Assembly (NCBI RefSeq): GCF_988243305.1
Contig: NZ_OZ547136.1
Direction: 5' to 3' (one strand)
Length of the DNA: 64,000 nucleotides
Positions within the stretch are counted from its first letter, which is position 1; every line of letters begins with the position of its first letter. The notes below the pieces were generated by a model that saw only the letters and a program-made list of their open reading frames with translations, searched no databases and was not told the origin of the DNA. Positions 1 through 11,965 of the stretch are shown here, piece after piece. A program made the position numbers and the translations under genes.

Positions 1-1270
1 AGGAGCGCAGGTTAAAGCGCCAGTCGGCAAAGGTCATGCTGATGCCATCGGTGCGATCCACCGCCAGCGCCTCGCGGCTAAAATGCTGTTCGACGCGGTT
101 AATCGCCTCAACGGGTTGTGACAGTTTGCTGTTGATCTCACCGCTTGCCGGGAATGCCGCCATCCGGTCGCGCACCAGTTCGCCCAGCGTTTTTCCTTTC
201 AGGCACACCAGTTCGGCGACCAGCAGCCACGGGATCATGCCGCTGTCGCAGTAAGCGAAATCACGGAAGTAATGGTGGGCGCTCATTTCGCCACCGTAGA
301 TGGCGTCTTCCTTGCGCATACGTTCTTTAATAAAGGCGTGTCCGTTTTTCGACATCACCGGCGTGCCGCCAGCGGCAGTCACCACATCAACGGTATTCCA
401 GGAGAGACGTGGATCGTGGATGATCTTCGCGCCGGGATTTTTTTCGAGGAACGCTTCTGCCAGCAGGCCGACAATGTAGTAGCCTTCGATAAACTGCCCT
501 TTTTCGTTAAACAGGAAGCAGCGGTCAAAATCGCCATCAAAGGCAATGCCCATATCCGCGCCGTGTTTGATGACCGCATTGCGGGTGTCGTCGCGGCATT
601 CAGGCAGCAGCGGGTTAGGAATACCGTTGGGGAAATTGCCGTCCGGTGTGTTGTGTACTTTGATTAATTCCACCGGCGCGCCGAGGGCTTTAAAGCGGGC
701 TTCGATGGCGTCAACTACCGGACCCGCTGCGCCGTTCCCGGAGTTGATCACCAGCTTGAGCGGCGTGAGATTTTTGACATTGATATAACCGAACAGGTGA
801 TCAACGTAAGCGTCACGCAGGTTGATTTGCTGATAGCGACCGCGTTTGGTTTCATCGACGAGAGGAAAGTTGTTGGCTTCAGCCAGACGCTGGATGTCGC
901 GCAGTCCGGTATCACCGCTGATCGGGCGAGCCCCTTCGCGCACCAGCTTCATGCCGTTGTAATCCATCGGGTTATGGCTGGCGGTAACTTCAATGCCGCC
1001 ATCCACACCGAGATGGAACGTGGCGAAATAAATCTCTTCGGTGCCGGACATGCCAATATCCAGCACGTCGACGCCCGCATCCTGTAAACCTTTCGCCAGC
1101 GCCAGTTTTAAGGTTTCGCTGGTGAGGCGGACATCACCGCCTAACACAATGGTTTTCGGTTTGAGAAATTCGCCATAAGCGCGACCAATGCGCCAGGCAA
1201 TATCTTCATTCAGTTCTTCGCCTAATTTTCCACGAATATCATAGGCTTTAAAGCAGGTTAATTTTTTCAT
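1..1270 (-). CDS. cpsG: Phosphomannomutase (colanic acid GDP-mannose pathway); C-terminal part lies outside the window
   Basis: Minus-strand reading frame open to the window edge; start ATG at 1270 translates to [15 protein letters not shown]... with the phosphohexomutase motif TASHNP. Absent from the ORF track because there is no stop in the window. Confidence 0.9.
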   Translation of the reverse strand, partial: MKKLTCFKAYDIRGKLGEELNEDIAWRIGRAYGEFLKPKTIVLGGDVRLTSETLKLALAKGLQDAGVDVLDIGMSGTEEIYFATFHLGVDGGIEVTASHNPMDYNGMKLVREGARPISGDTGLRDIQRLAEANNFPLVDETKRGRYQQINLRDAYVDHLFGYINVKNLTPLKLVINSGNGAAGPVVDAIEARFKALGAPVELIKVHNTPDGNFPNGIPNPLLPECRDDTRNAVIKHGADMGIAFDGDFDRCFLFNEKGQFIEGYYIVGLLAEAFLEKNPGAKIIHDPRLSWNTVDVVTAAGGTPVMSKNGHAFIKERMRKEDAIYGGEMSAHHYFRDFAYCDSGMIPWLLVAELVCLKGKTLGELVRDRMAAFPASGEINSKLSQPVEAINRVEQHFSREALAVDRTDGISMTFADWRFNLRS

Positions 1271-1360
1271 GTCGTTACCCTTTTTCAGGCAATAGTTGGC
1301 CCTGACCGAAGCGGCCAATTTTGTTTTTGTCGTTATTTACACCGCGGTTTCGCATTCATT

Positions 1361-1549
<189 letters not shown>

Positions 1550-1550
1550 T

Positions 1551-2996
1551 TTACACCCGTCCGTAGCGATCCGCGAAGCGCACCACATCATCCTCTTCGA
1601 GATAAGAGCCGGAGCGCACTTCAATTAAATCGAGCGGAATTTTCCCCGGGTTTTCCAGGCAATGCGTCGCCCCCAGCGGAATATAAATGGACTCGTTTTC
1701 ACCAAGCAGTTTGATATCACCGTCGATAGTGACTTTTGCCGTTCCCGCGACCACCACCCAGTGTTCCGCGCGGTGATGGTGCATCTGTACCGACAAGCCC
1801 TCGCCCGGTTTCACGGTGATGCGTTTCACCTGGTAGCGGTCGCCCGCGTCGATAGAGTCATATTTGCCCCACGGACGATACACTTCGCGATGCACCCGAT
1901 GCTCATGGCGACCATCGGCTTTGATCTGCTCGACCACTTTTTTCACATCCTGCACCGCGTTACGGTCGGCAATCAGCACCGCATCTTTGGTCTGCACCAC
2001 TACCAGATCTTTCACCCCGACGGTGGTGACCAGGCCAGATTCGGCGTACACATAGCTGTTTTCAGTTTTGTGATTAATCACATCACCGTGGCAAACGTTG
2101 CCCTCGGCGGTGTGGGCGCTGATCTCCCATAATGAAGACCAGGAACCGACATCGCTCCAGCCCGCATCCATCGGCACCACAACGGCATCTGCCGTACGTT
2201 CCATGACCGCGTAATCCACCGACTCTTCCGGGCAGGCCAGAAACGCTTCTTCATCCACGCGAATAAAATCGAGATCCGGATCGACGGCGCTCATCGCTTG
2301 TTCACAGGCGTCGAGAATATCCGGGCGATATTTTTTCAGTTCTTCGAGATAGCGTCCGGCGCGGAACAGGAACATGCCGCTGTTCCAGTAATATTCGCCG
2401 CTTGCCACATAGGCCTGGGCGGTTTCCAGATTCGGTTTTTCGACAAACTGCGCCACTTCAAAGGCCACCGTATCCTGCTCACCCGCAGATACTTCACCGC
2501 GACGAATATAGCCATATCCGGTTTCAGGTAGATCCGGCACAATGCCGAAGGTCACCAGCTTGCCCGCTTCGGCATATGGCATGGCATTACGCACGGCGGT
2601 GCGAAAAGCGTCTTCATCGGCAATCACATGATCCGCCGCCAGCACCAGCATTAACGGGTCGCTCTCCGGGCTATGACGTTTTGCCGCCAGCGCCGCCAGC
2701 GCCGCCAGCGCAATGGCAGGTGCAGTGTTACGCCCTGCCGGTTCGAGAATAATGTTCTCGGTGAGTTTGTTCAGTTGGCGCAGCTGTTCCGCGACAATAA
2801 AGCGGTGCTGCTCATTGCAAATCACCACCGGGCTTTCGCACTCTACGCCTTTCAGGCGGCAGATGGTGGTTTGCAGCATGGTGAGATCGCCTTTCAGGCA
2901 TAAAAACTGCTTGGGGTAAAGTACGCGGGAAAGCGGCCATAAGCGGCTACCGGAGCCACCTGCCATCACAACTGGATAGAGTTTCGACTGCGCCAT
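1551..2996 (-). CDS. cpsB: Mannose-1-phosphate guanylyltransferase
   Basis: 481-aa [27 protein letters not shown]... with nucleotidyltransferase N-terminus and cupin-like C-terminus; position between cpsG and wcaI. Confidence 0.95.
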   Translation of the reverse strand: MAQSKLYPVVMAGGSGSRLWPLSRVLYPKQFLCLKGDLTMLQTTICRLKGVECESPVVICNEQHRFIVAEQLRQLNKLTENIILEPAGRNTAPAIALAALAALAAKRHSPESDPLMLVLAADHVIADEDAFRTAVRNAMPYAEAGKLVTFGIVPDLPETGYGYIRRGEVSAGEQDTVAFEVAQFVEKPNLETAQAYVASGEYYWNSGMFLFRAGRYLEELKKYRPDILDACEQAMSAVDPDLDFIRVDEEAFLACPEESVDYAVMERTADAVVVPMDAGWSDVGSWSSLWEISAHTAEGNVCHGDVINHKTENSYVYAESGLVTTVGVKDLVVVQTKDAVLIADRNAVQDVKKVVEQIKADGRHEHRVHREVYRPWGKYDSIDAGDRYQVKRITVKPGEGLSVQMHHHRAEHWVVVAGTAKVTIDGDIKLLGENESIYIPLGATHCLENPGKIPLDLIEVRSGSYLEEDDVVRFADRYGRV

Positions 2997-2998
2997 AA

Positions 2999-4222
2999 TT
3001 ATCCCCGAATATCATTTATAAATTGACGTAACACGTTCTCTTTATCGAGCGTGCGTTCGGCATATTCACGTGCCACCGTGTTGTGTTTGGGCAGCAGAAG
3101 CGCCTGACGGATCCCCGCCACCAGCGCCTCGACCGATTCCGGTTCTACGCAAACCGCAATTCCCGGAAAGGTTTCGCAAAGCTGCCCCAGTTCTGTGTGG
3201 GCTTCCGCGGTAATCACCGCGTTACCGCCTACCGCCAGAATATTGGTCAGTTTCGACGGCAATACGGCATCTGCCGCGCCGCGTTTTTGCACCACCAGAT
3301 GGCAATCGCCCATCTTCAGCAGTGCGGGTAAAGCGTCATACGATTGCAGCGGGAAAAATTGCATGTTGCGCAGTCCACGCTGCTGCGCCATTTTTTCCAG
3401 CCGCGCTTTGCCGCCGCCCTGCCCGACAATGGCAAAAATCAGCGGTTCATCGCGCAGGAGATCGGCAGCTTCAATAACGTTTTCCAGCCCCTGCTTTTCA
3501 CCAATATTGCCGGAGTAAAGAATGATTTTTTTGTTATCCGGCAGGCCAAGCTGGTTACGAAGAGCGTCAACATCGGCATCTGCAACATGCTGAAAACGGG
3601 CAATTTCCGACCAGTTGGGGAAGAAGATGACGTTTTCCGCCGCCACGCCTTTTTCGATGGCTTTATTCATCATCGAACGCGAAATCGTGGAGACGTTATC
3701 GACGTTATGCAGTCCGCTACGTTCGAACGCCGTTGCCAGCTGTGCCACTTTGCCGCCTTTGCCTTTTCCGGCAAGGCCCAGCCCCAGCATGGCGTCCACT
3801 TCGTAATCCTGAATATGCAGCACGGTACGCGCACCAGAGAGTTTCGCCAGCAGGCGCATTCCCGGCGTGCAAAACAGCGTTGGCACCACGCCAATAATGC
3901 GATCCGGCTTCCAGCGACGTTGCGCCATCAACGGGAAAAAACTGCTGACGGCAAAACTGCCGAGATGTAACAGGCGTTTCAGGGTGCTCGGCTGTTTTGG
4001 CACGTACAGCGGGCAGCGCCACACCGTAGCGGCCCCCTCTTCTCGTTTGTATCGCCAGGCGGAATAGTTCTCGCCCACCTGCCACTGCGGGTAGTAAGGT
4101 GGTGCGGTAATGACCCGCACCTCATGACCTTGTGCCGCCAGCCATTCCACCATCTCGCCGGTGTATTTGCCGATGCCGGTTAACTCCGGCGAGTAGTTAA
4201 TGCCGTAGACCAGTATTTTCAT
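2999..4222 (-). CDS. wcaI: Colanic acid biosynthesis glycosyltransferase
   Basis: 407-aa ORF in the colanic acid gene order; GT-B-type glycosyltransferase. Confidence 0.9.
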   Translation of the reverse strand: MKILVYGINYSPELTGIGKYTGEMVEWLAAQGHEVRVITAPPYYPQWQVGENYSAWRYKREEGAATVWRCPLYVPKQPSTLKRLLHLGSFAVSSFFPLMAQRRWKPDRIIGVVPTLFCTPGMRLLAKLSGARTVLHIQDYEVDAMLGLGLAGKGKGGKVAQLATAFERSGLHNVDNVSTISRSMMNKAIEKGVAAENVIFFPNWSEIARFQHVADADVDALRNQLGLPDNKKIILYSGNIGEKQGLENVIEAADLLRDEPLIFAIVGQGGGKARLEKMAQQRGLRNMQFFPLQSYDALPALLKMGDCHLVVQKRGAADAVLPSKLTNILAVGGNAVITAEAHTELGQLCETFPGIAVCVEPESVEALVAGIRQALLLPKHNTVAREYAERTLDKENVLRQFINDIRG

Positions 4223-4701
4223 AATCCGGGTACTCCGGCACGCTTCTCAGCGAGAAAATAGGCGCGGCTGTTAGCGTGAACATCGTTACTGGCGAGCAGC
4301 GCGTCCGGCGTCAGCCAGCGGTAATCGTCATGCTGCTCATCCGGCAGTATCAGATCTTCTTCAGCGACTCTGAAGCGAAAACCGAGCACCACATAGTGAG
4401 TGGTGAAATCCGTGCCGGAGAAGTTATCGTCATAAAAGTGCTGCCAGACACCGTAAAACTGGCCTGCTGTTATCGGCAGACGCAGCCCCAGTTCCGCCAT
4501 CGTCAGCCGCTCGAATGCGGCTTCCAGCGTTTCGTCTTTCTGCACGCGCCCTCCCGGCACAAACCAGTAACCCTGCGCCGGGCGGTTGGTTCTTTTGCCA
4601 AGCAGAAACTCGCCGCGACTGTTCTCGACAATAAAGTCGAGAGAGACAAGCGGGGTGGAGCGCACTACCGTGGCAAAGTCTTCCTGACGTAAAAACATCA
4701 T
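4219..4701 (-). CDS. gmm: GDP-mannose mannosyl hydrolase (Nudix)
   Basis: 160-aa ORF; 4-bp overlap with wcaI; position between fcl and wcaI. Confidence 0.9.
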   Translation of the reverse strand: MMFLRQEDFATVVRSTPLVSLDFIVENSRGEFLLGKRTNRPAQGYWFVPGGRVQKDETLEAAFERLTMAELGLRLPITAGQFYGVWQHFYDDNFSGTDFTTHYVVLGFRFRVAEEDLILPDEQHDDYRWLTPDALLASNDVHANSRAYFLAEKRAGVPGL

Positions 4702-5666
4702 TACCCCCGAAAGCGGTCTTGATTCTCAAGGAACCACTGGTAAGTGCTGGCAAGCCCCGCTTCCAGTGAGATTTCGTGATACCAGCCAAGCTGATGCAGG
4801 CGCGTCACATCCAGCAGTTTGCGCGGCGTGCCATCCGGTTTGCTGGCATCAAAAACCACCCGGCCTTTGTAACCCACCACTTTGGCGATGGTTTGCGCCA
4901 GCTCGCGGATAGTGCAGTCAACGCCCGTGCCGACGTTAATGTGCGACAACATCGGCTGGGTGTTCTCCAGCCAGACTTCATGCGCCAGCTCCATGACATG
5001 AATGCTCGCCGCCGCCATATCATCGACGTGCAGAAATTCGCGCATCGGTGTACCGCTGCCCCATACCACCACGTCCGGCGCATTCTGTGCCGTCGCCTCG
5101 TGGAAGCGACGCAGCAATGCTGGGATCACATGCGAATTACTCGGGTGGAAGTTGTCGTGTGGCCCGTACAGGTTGGTCGGCATGACTGAGCGGTAATCGC
5201 GTCCGTACTGGCGGTTGTATGATTCGCACAGTTTGATCCCGGCGATTTTGGCAATAGCATAAGGCTCGTTAGTCGGCTCCAGCGTGCCCTGCAACAACTC
5301 GCTTTCTGCCATCGGCTGTTTTGCCAGTTTCGGGTAGATGCAGGACGATCCGAGAAACAGCAGTTTGTTCACGTCGTTCTGATGCGCGGCGTGAATGATG
5401 TTGCTCTCAATCATCATGTTCTGGTAGATGAAATCCGCCGGATAGGTGTTGTTGGCAACAATGCCGCCCACTTTCGCCGCCGCCAGATAGACCTGGTCAA
5501 TACGTTCGCTGGCAAAGAAATCATGCACGGCGCGGCTGTCCAGCAGGTTCAGCTCGTCGCGGGTGCGTAATACCAGTTCCACATCACCGCGCTGTTCGAG
5601 CTGCCGCCTGATGGCAGAACCGACCATCCCGCGATGGCCAGCGATAAAAATGCGTTGTTTACTCAT
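4701..5666 (-). CDS. fcl: GDP-L-fucose synthase
   Basis: 321-aa [24 protein letters not shown]... with NAD(P)-binding Rossmann N-terminus; follows gmd. Confidence 0.95.
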   Translation of the reverse strand: MSKQRIFIAGHRGMVGSAIRRQLEQRGDVELVLRTRDELNLLDSRAVHDFFASERIDQVYLAAAKVGGIVANNTYPADFIYQNMMIESNIIHAAHQNDVNKLLFLGSSCIYPKLAKQPMAESELLQGTLEPTNEPYAIAKIAGIKLCESYNRQYGRDYRSVMPTNLYGPHDNFHPSNSHVIPALLRRFHEATAQNAPDVVVWGSGTPMREFLHVDDMAAASIHVMELAHEVWLENTQPMLSHINVGTGVDCTIRELAQTIAKVVGYKGRVVFDASKPDGTPRKLLDVTRLHQLGWYHEISLEAGLASTYQWFLENQDRFRG

Positions 5667-5668
5667 GC

Positions 5669-6790
5669 TTATGACTCCAGCGCGATCGCCACGTCGTAGC
5701 CGTGAGATTTCAGCAGAGAGTGTTTTTTCGCCGCTTCGAGGTCATTAGCCACCATTTCAGACACCATCTCTCTGAGGGTGATTTCCGGTTTCCAGCCCAG
5801 TTTTTCGTGCGCTTTGGTCGGGTCGCCGAGCAGCGTTTCAACTTCTGCCGGACGGAAGTAACGCGGGTCAACGGCGATAATCACATCACCCGGTTTAACG
5901 CCCGGCGCGTCATGCCCGGTGACGGAAACCACAATGCCCTTCTCTTCAACACCCGTGCCTTCAAAGCGCAGTTTGATGCCCAGCTGTGCTGCCGCCATTT
6001 CCACGAACTGACGTACGGAGTACTGAACGCCGGTAGCGATAACAAAATCTTCCGGCTGTTCCTGTTGCAGCATCATCCACTGCATTTTTACGTAGTCTTT
6101 GGCATGGCCCCAGTCACGCAGGGAATCCATATTGCCGAGGTACAGACACGACTCCAGCCCCTGGGCGATGTTGGCGATTGCGCGGGTGATTTTGCGGGTA
6201 ACGAAGGTTTCACCGCGGCGCGGGGATTCATGGTTGAAGAGAATACCGTTACAGGCGTACATGCCGTAGGATTCGCGGTAGTTAACGGTGATCCAGTAGG
6301 CGTACAGTTTGGCGACCGCATACGGAGATCGCGGGTAGAACGGCGTGGTCTCTTTCTGCGGAATTTCCTGCACCAGACCATACAGTTCAGAGGTGGAAGC
6401 CTGATAGAAACGAGTTTTCTTTTCCAGACCGAGGAAGCGGATCGCCTCCAGCAGGCGCAGCGTACCCATCGCGTCGACGTCAGCGGTATATTCTGGTGAC
6501 TCAAAAGAGACCGCAACGTGGCTCATTGCGCCCAGGTTGTACACTTCATCCGGCTGTACTTCACGCAAAATGCGCGTCAGGTTAGAGGTATCACTCAGGT
6601 CGCCATAATGCAGATGGAATTTCGGGTTGCAGGTGTGCGGATCCTGATAAATGTGATCCACGCGCTCGGTGTTGAATGACGATGCGCGACGCTTAATACC
6701 ATGCACCTCGTAACCTTTTTCCAGCAGAAACTCTGCCAGGTAAGAACCGTCTTGTCCGGTTACACCGGTGATGAGAGCGACTTTTGACAT
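5669..6790 (-). CDS. gmd: GDP-mannose 4,6-dehydratase
   Basis: 373-aa [34 protein letters not shown]... short-chain dehydratase signature. Confidence 0.95.
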
Positions 6791-6815
6791 GTCTTATTCC
6801 TCTGTATTTTTGAAT

Positions 6816-7364
6816 TTATTCAGTTTCAACGCGTTCGCGTATCACCACTGCGGGATTCCCCCGGCAAACCACATTTGCCGGAAGCGATTTAAAAACACTG
6901 CTTCGTGCACCCACGACGGTGCCGTCGCCGATTGTGACGCCTGGGGCAACAAAGACATCGGTTGCCAGCCAGCATTTCTCGCCAATCACAATAGGCGTGG
7001 CGTTAATGGTGAAATGTTGACTTGCATGGTCGTGGCTACCGGTGCATAAATAACTTTTTTGCGATATCACCGAATGTGCGCCAATGGTTATTTCACCGAG
7101 GGTATATAAATTGACGTCATCGCCGACCCACGCGTAATCACCTAAGGTTAATTTCCACGGATAGGTAATTTTTACTGACGGACGAATAACTACGTTTTTT
7201 CCTATTTTTGCTCCGAATAAACGTAATAAAAAAGCCCGCCAGCGATACAATACTTGTGGCGACCAGGCAAATATTGTTGCCTGTACTGCCCACCATAATT
7301 GCACTTTAATAGCGTTGCCGCCCCGGAACCCTTTCGGCACCGAGAAACCGCTTAAATCTTGCAT
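6816..7364 (-). CDS. wcaF: Colanic acid biosynthesis acetyltransferase (hexapeptide-repeat)
   Basis: 182-aa ORF with left-handed beta-helix hexapeptide repeats; cluster position. Confidence 0.9.
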   Translation of the reverse strand: MQDLSGFSVPKGFRGGNAIKVQLWWAVQATIFAWSPQVLYRWRAFLLRLFGAKIGKNVVIRPSVKITYPWKLTLGDYAWVGDDVNLYTLGEITIGAHSVISQKSYLCTGSHDHASQHFTINATPIVIGEKCWLATDVFVAPGVTIGDGTVVGARSSVFKSLPANVVCRGNPAVVIRERVETE

Positions 7365-7379
7365 TGGTTTTCCTTATAT

Positions 7380-8126
7380 TCAGACTTTGTTATATAAGGC
7401 TTTCGTCTTTGAGGTAGTACGTTGGCGTAAATGCCAGGATAATTCAGCCCAAAAGCCAGGCACATGTAATATTTGTCGTTGGACTTTTTTCGCGTCAGCA
7501 CACAATTCCATATTATTGGTGGTAGATACCCCACCCATGGAAAATTCAGACACCAGGCCATTGAGTTTTTTAAATGCATAACCGGCTTTATACATTTTGG
7601 CTGCCAGCGCGTAGTCGGAAGAAACTTTATATTCCAGGTCATAACGCCATTTTTTCAAGCCGGATACAGGGAAAAATATCGCCTGATGACTGGCGGGCAG
7701 GCTGTGATAAATATACCAGCCCGGTTTGGCGCTACGTTTAATTTTATGCCCGTCGCCAAAATCCAGCAGCGCATCGCCGGTGATCATCACGTTATCTTTT
7801 TGCATTTTTAACTTACGGACAAAATTTGCGGCATTCTGATGAAAAATATCGCCCGAATTGAGAAACAACGCGAACTTGCCTTGTGCCATCGCAATGCCTT
7901 TGTTCATGGCGTCGTAGATACCGTTATCTGGCTCGCTGACAAAGCGTAGGTTAAAGATACCATTGAGATTTTCCAGATACTCACGGGTGCCGTCGTTGGA
8001 ACCGCCATCGACAACAATCCATTCGAAGCTGATATCTTCCACCTGCGCCAGATGCGCCAGCGAGGCATGTGTTTTGACTATCCCTTCGAGGTTACGAAAC
8101 GCGACAGTGATTATGCTAAGCAACAT
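7380..8126 (-). CDS. wcaE: Colanic acid biosynthesis glycosyltransferase (GT2)
   Basis: 248-aa ORF; cluster position. Confidence 0.9.
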
Positions 8127-8136
8127 GTTCTTATTC

Positions 8137-9354
8137 TTACCTCGTAATATTTAACGCTTTTCGCAAAATAAACGGACAGACGATTAAAAATGCATATTCC
8201 GGGCTAAATATCGAACCGGTAAAAAACAGCGATACCGGAGTAAAAAGATATAATTGCACGCGAAAATTGCGGTTATCACCAAAAGCGTTGATCATCATTT
8301 TTATCACTTTCCCCATGTACCACAGCGATAAAAACACTGCGAACCAGGAAAAATAAATAATCAGCAGATACAAACCATTGTCTATGGTTTTTCCGACATC
8401 CGCACCGTTAAATATTCCGAATGATGCGACATATTCATAAAGTGAGCCAAATCTGACTACACCGTCAATATGGGTCAAAGAATAACCGACCATCACCAGC
8501 GGACCGACAATACGATAATACGATGACGATCCTTCCGTGCCTAAATCACCCAGACGGGTGGAAATATAAGGAAATGCAATTACCACACCAACCAGGAATA
8601 CAGCCAGAGAAATCAATGCTAACGGTAACTTTTTCTTAATCGCCTCTTTATTCAGATATTGAAATGCCCACTCCAGCAAATAAAACAGGATAAAGGTCAT
8701 AACCCCTGAAAACGATCCGGATAATATTATCCCTGCGAGAATCATAGCATCGGTTTTAGGGGTTTTGATACCAAACTGTTTGATGCTGAGCCAAATTGAG
8801 ATTAATGCCAGAGCGAAAAATGCCGGTTCGAAATAAAGTGCTGTCGTGCGCTTGCCGCCGAATTTGATGAAATTCAGCACATAGCTGTTGCTGTAAATCA
8901 GATATTTCGAAATCGATTCCATAATACTGCTGCCGCCGGTGAGGATAATTTGCGCCATCTCCACCGCCGCCAGCGCCACCACCAACCCGACCACCAGATA
9001 AAAGAAACGTAATATCTTGCGATGGTTGTGTGGCGAAATCGTTTTAAAGCGAATACTCCACACCATGCCAATAATGATCACAATATAGACAAACAGCATG
9101 GTTGAAGTGACGTATTTACTGGCATCCAACGACTGACCAAACAGGTAGTTAAACGCCGTGAGTCCCGCGCCAATCCCCAGGGCAATCATTAATTTTTTAA
9201 CGCTGATGCGCTCTAAAAACAGCAGCAGCAAGACAGGTAAAAAAGTGACGATGGTGATGGGGAAACTTTCGCCCAGCTGGGCGATTTTGACGTTAACCAG
9301 CAGGTAAATCAGCGGCAGCAGCAGGTAGCTACAGATTCTGATAGAAGTTGACAT
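8137..9354 (-). CDS. wcaD: Colanic acid polymerase (Wzy-like, polytopic membrane protein)
   Basis: Track ORF is 429 aa; trimmed to the internal Met giving [15 protein letters not shown]... (405 aa). Highly hydrophobic. Overlaps the wcaC 3' end. Confidence 0.85.
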
Positions 9355-10546
9355 ACTCCTCCAGCATCTGTTGTCCACTGTAGGCGGCGCGGCTGCATTG
9401 GCTGAACTCAGCCAGCGTGGTGCCAAATATCGCCTTCGCGATTTCCGGTTTGCTTAACTGCACCAGTTGCAGCACGTCTTCTTCGCTGACGGTTTTACCG
9501 CCGGATTTTTGCAGCACTTCACGTGCCGCGTCGCTATGGGTGGCAATCACCGGCACGCCAATCGATAGCGCCTCACACAAAATCAGCGGGTAGTTATCGA
9601 CGCGAGAACTGAATACCAGCGCATCCATCTGATTGAGCGCGCTCATCAACTTGCGCTTGTCAGTTTCAAAGCCGTGATTAACCACGTTGCCAGCGGTGAA
9701 CGGCGAGAACTTACCAAAGGTATGCAGTTCGATTTTGTCGCCCAGCGCCATCATCTCGCGTACCAGTTGCTGGTTAGTTTTGCCGTCGTAACGCAGATCA
9801 TGCGCCACCACCGCGATTTTCGGCTTGCCCTGAGTTTCGCGCACCGGAGGCAGGTCCGCCAGAATCGCTTCGGTTGCCATATCAATGCCATTATTGATAA
9901 TCCGGCAACGCCCTGGACCGTACAGACTATTGAAAGCATCAGCCACATGCTGGCTGGGGGAAATAAACTGACAGCCCAGCGCCAGCATCTCACGGAATAA
10001 CTGGCGTTTGCCCGCCACCAGCTGGTGTGCGCGATCAATCTTCACCGGCGGATAGTTATTTAAGGTCGGGCATTTCTGGCAGCCCTTTTTCCAGCCTTCA
10101 CAACCGTCGGTAAAGGCGCAGCGTCCGGTAACGCTCCAGTGATCGTGTAACGTCCAGACCAAAGTGACATTCGGTTTGTGGTTTTTCACCTTTTCGCAAA
10201 AGCGCACCACGCTCTTAAGATTCAACCAGTAGCTGTGCAGCACATGAAAATGCAGGACCACCGGACCCGGTGTGCGAGTAATGGTGCGATATAACTCATT
10301 GAAATTGCCGAACAGATCGCGATTAAACAGACGAAACAGGGCAATGTTCGCCATCGCGGTCATCCGCGGCGTATGTTTGATGACCTGCGGATAGTTCTGA
10401 TGGCTGACGCTCTCTTTGCCGCCTTTGCCGTAACCGTAGACAAAATGTGACGCCAGCCCCTGTTGCAGCGCACGCTGGTGGAGATCTAACGCCACACCTG
10501 CCGCCCCGCCTTCCGCCAGTCGCACATTAAATTGCAGAATATTCAT
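9329..10546 (-). CDS. wcaC: Colanic acid biosynthesis glycosyltransferase (GT4)
   Basis: 405-aa ORF; cluster position. Confidence 0.9.
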   Translation of the reverse strand: MNILQFNVRLAEGGAAGVALDLHQRALQQGLASHFVYGYGKGGKESVSHQNYPQVIKHTPRMTAMANIALFRLFNRDLFGNFNELYRTITRTPGPVVLHFHVLHSYWLNLKSVVRFCEKVKNHKPNVTLVWTLHDHWSVTGRCAFTDGCEGWKKGCQKCPTLNNYPPVKIDRAHQLVAGKRQLFREMLALGCQFISPSQHVADAFNSLYGPGRCRIINNGIDMATEAILADLPPVRETQGKPKIAVVAHDLRYDGKTNQQLVREMMALGDKIELHTFGKFSPFTAGNVVNHGFETDKRKLMSALNQMDALVFSSRVDNYPLILCEALSIGVPVIATHSDAAREVLQKSGGKTVSEEDVLQLVQLSKPEIAKAIFGTTLAEFSQCSRAAYSGQQMLEEYVNFYQNL

Positions 10547-11031
10547 TTAATTACCTTCACTCGCGCTTTTTCTCCCACCACCAGCGCGTTGTCCGGGACA
10601 GAGTCGAGCACCACGCTGCCCGCGCCCACGGTGACGTTGTTACCAAGCGTGATATCACCAAGAATAATGACGTTGGCACCGAGCTCGACGCCGTTGCCAA
10701 TGTGTGGACATGCCATGTTATCGGCACCACGATTGCCGATAGTGACGCCGTGGCGAATGGTGAAATCATCCCCCGCTACCACGTTTTTATTGATCACTAC
10801 GGCGTAACCGTGATGGATAGTGAAACGGCGACCAATGGTTGCGGCTGCCTGGATTTCATAACCGAAAAAGCATTCGGTGATAATGCGATACAGCACCAGC
10901 AGCGGGGCCGCCCAAATATTGTTGAGGACGTTCTTTTTGCGCCACACCGAACAAAAATGAGCGACGCGATAGGCAAGAACCATGCAGCACGGGCGTAAAC
11001 TCCAGCTGTTGGCGCGCAGATCTTCCAGCAT
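10543..11031 (-). CDS. wcaB: Colanic acid biosynthesis acetyltransferase (hexapeptide-repeat)
   Basis: 162-aa ORF; 4-bp overlap with wcaC. Confidence 0.9.
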   Translation of the reverse strand: MLEDLRANSWSLRPCCMVLAYRVAHFCSVWRKKNVLNNIWAAPLLVLYRIITECFFGYEIQAAATIGRRFTIHHGYAVVINKNVVAGDDFTIRHGVTIGNRGADNMACPHIGNGVELGANVIILGDITLGNNVTVGAGSVVLDSVPDNALVVGEKARVKVIK

Positions 11032-11033
11032 CT

Positions 11034-11873
11034 TTAGCGCCCCCGAATACCATCAGCCAGACGTTTGCCGTTACGCACCGACAGCAGCGTCAGCAAAGTG
11101 CGCCAGGTCATGCGTTTATTGCGGATCTGGTAGAGGGTAAACAGCTGATATTTTTTGCTGGCACGGTCGAATTTGTCTTTGTGCTTGCGGTAAAAGTGGA
11201 AGTACCCGGAGAATTTTTTCGGTGACGAGGTGATCTGCATTTCACCGTGATTGATATGCAGGATCTGCGTCGCCTCTTCCACTTTCCACGGTTCGCCATA
11301 CTCCACCACCATCCGCAGGAAGATGTCGTAATCCTGTGCCGCTTTCAGTTCGGTATCAAACAAACACTCTTTGAAACGCCATGCCCAGGTAAAGACCTGA
11401 TTGCCAATGATATTGCGTTTGTAGAACAGGCGGCGTGAATACGGCGATTTGGGATACAGCGGTAAGCTTGCCGGTTGGGAATAGACTTCGCCCTGGCAAA
11501 CGTAATCGTTAGCGTACAAAAAGGCGTGAGTGACCAGTTGCTGTTTATGGGCGAGGAAGACGCTCAGACGGTTGGGGGTCCATTCATCATCATCATCGAT
11601 CCCGGTGATGTATTCCCCTTGCGCCAGCATAATAGCCTGGTTACGTACCGCGCACGCCCCGCTGTTAATGTCGTTGTGAATGTAGGTAATACGCGGATCG
11701 TTGAGGGCGGTGACGTACTGTTGCAGTTGTTCCCAGGAGGTGGAGCAATCATCCACGACGATCATCTCCCAGTTGTTGTAGTCCTGGCGCAGGACCGATT
11801 TTATCGCCCGAATCGCCAGTTGTTGGCGGTTCCAGGTCGGCATATAGATTGAGATCAGCGGATTGTCTTTCAT
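11034..11873 (-). CDS. wcaA: Colanic acid biosynthesis glycosyltransferase (GT2)
   Basis: 279-aa ORF with GT2 motif IVVDDCS. Confidence 0.9.
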   Translation of the reverse strand: MKDNPLISIYMPTWNRQQLAIRAIKSVLRQDYNNWEMIVVDDCSTSWEQLQQYVTALNDPRITYIHNDINSGACAVRNQAIMLAQGEYITGIDDDDEWTPNRLSVFLAHKQQLVTHAFLYANDYVCQGEVYSQPASLPLYPKSPYSRRLFYKRNIIGNQVFTWAWRFKECLFDTELKAAQDYDIFLRMVVEYGEPWKVEEATQILHINHGEMQITSSPKKFSGYFHFYRKHKDKFDRASKKYQLFTLYQIRNKRMTWRTLLTLLSVRNGKRLADGIRGR

Positions 11874-11908
11874 AGGTTGTTCTCCCGGCTTATGAGCTGG
11901 TTTGCTTG

Positions 11909-11942
11909 CCGGATGCGGCGTGAGCGCCTTATCCGGCCTACG
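11909..11942. repeat. REP palindromic element between wzc and wcaA
   Basis: gccggatgcggcgtgagcgccttatccggcctac, the canonical REP pattern. Confidence 0.7.
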
Positions 11943-11965
11943 GGGCGGTGCGAATGCAGGCGTCG

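Noticed and set aside
272-1087. Plus-strand ORFs of 80-131 aa at the left end of the window.
   Set aside because: All are antisense within the cpsG coding region, which has a clear phosphomannomutase translation on the minus strand.
3344-3970. 208-aa plus-strand ORF.
   Set aside because: Antisense within wcaI.
5702-6499. 265-aa plus-strand ORF.
   Set aside because: Antisense to gmd; no recognisable protein features; a GC-rich antisense frame artefact.
8137-9426. Long N-terminal extensions on track ORFs (wcaD 429 aa, wzc 732 aa, udk 234 aa, yegH 549 aa, mdtA 455 aa, fbaB 374 aa, yegP 123 aa, yegR 125 aa, rcnB 131 aa).
   Set aside because: In each case the conserved protein begins at an internal start with better spacing to an SD-like sequence, and the extension would overlap the upstream gene or promoter. 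Starts were trimmed accordingly.
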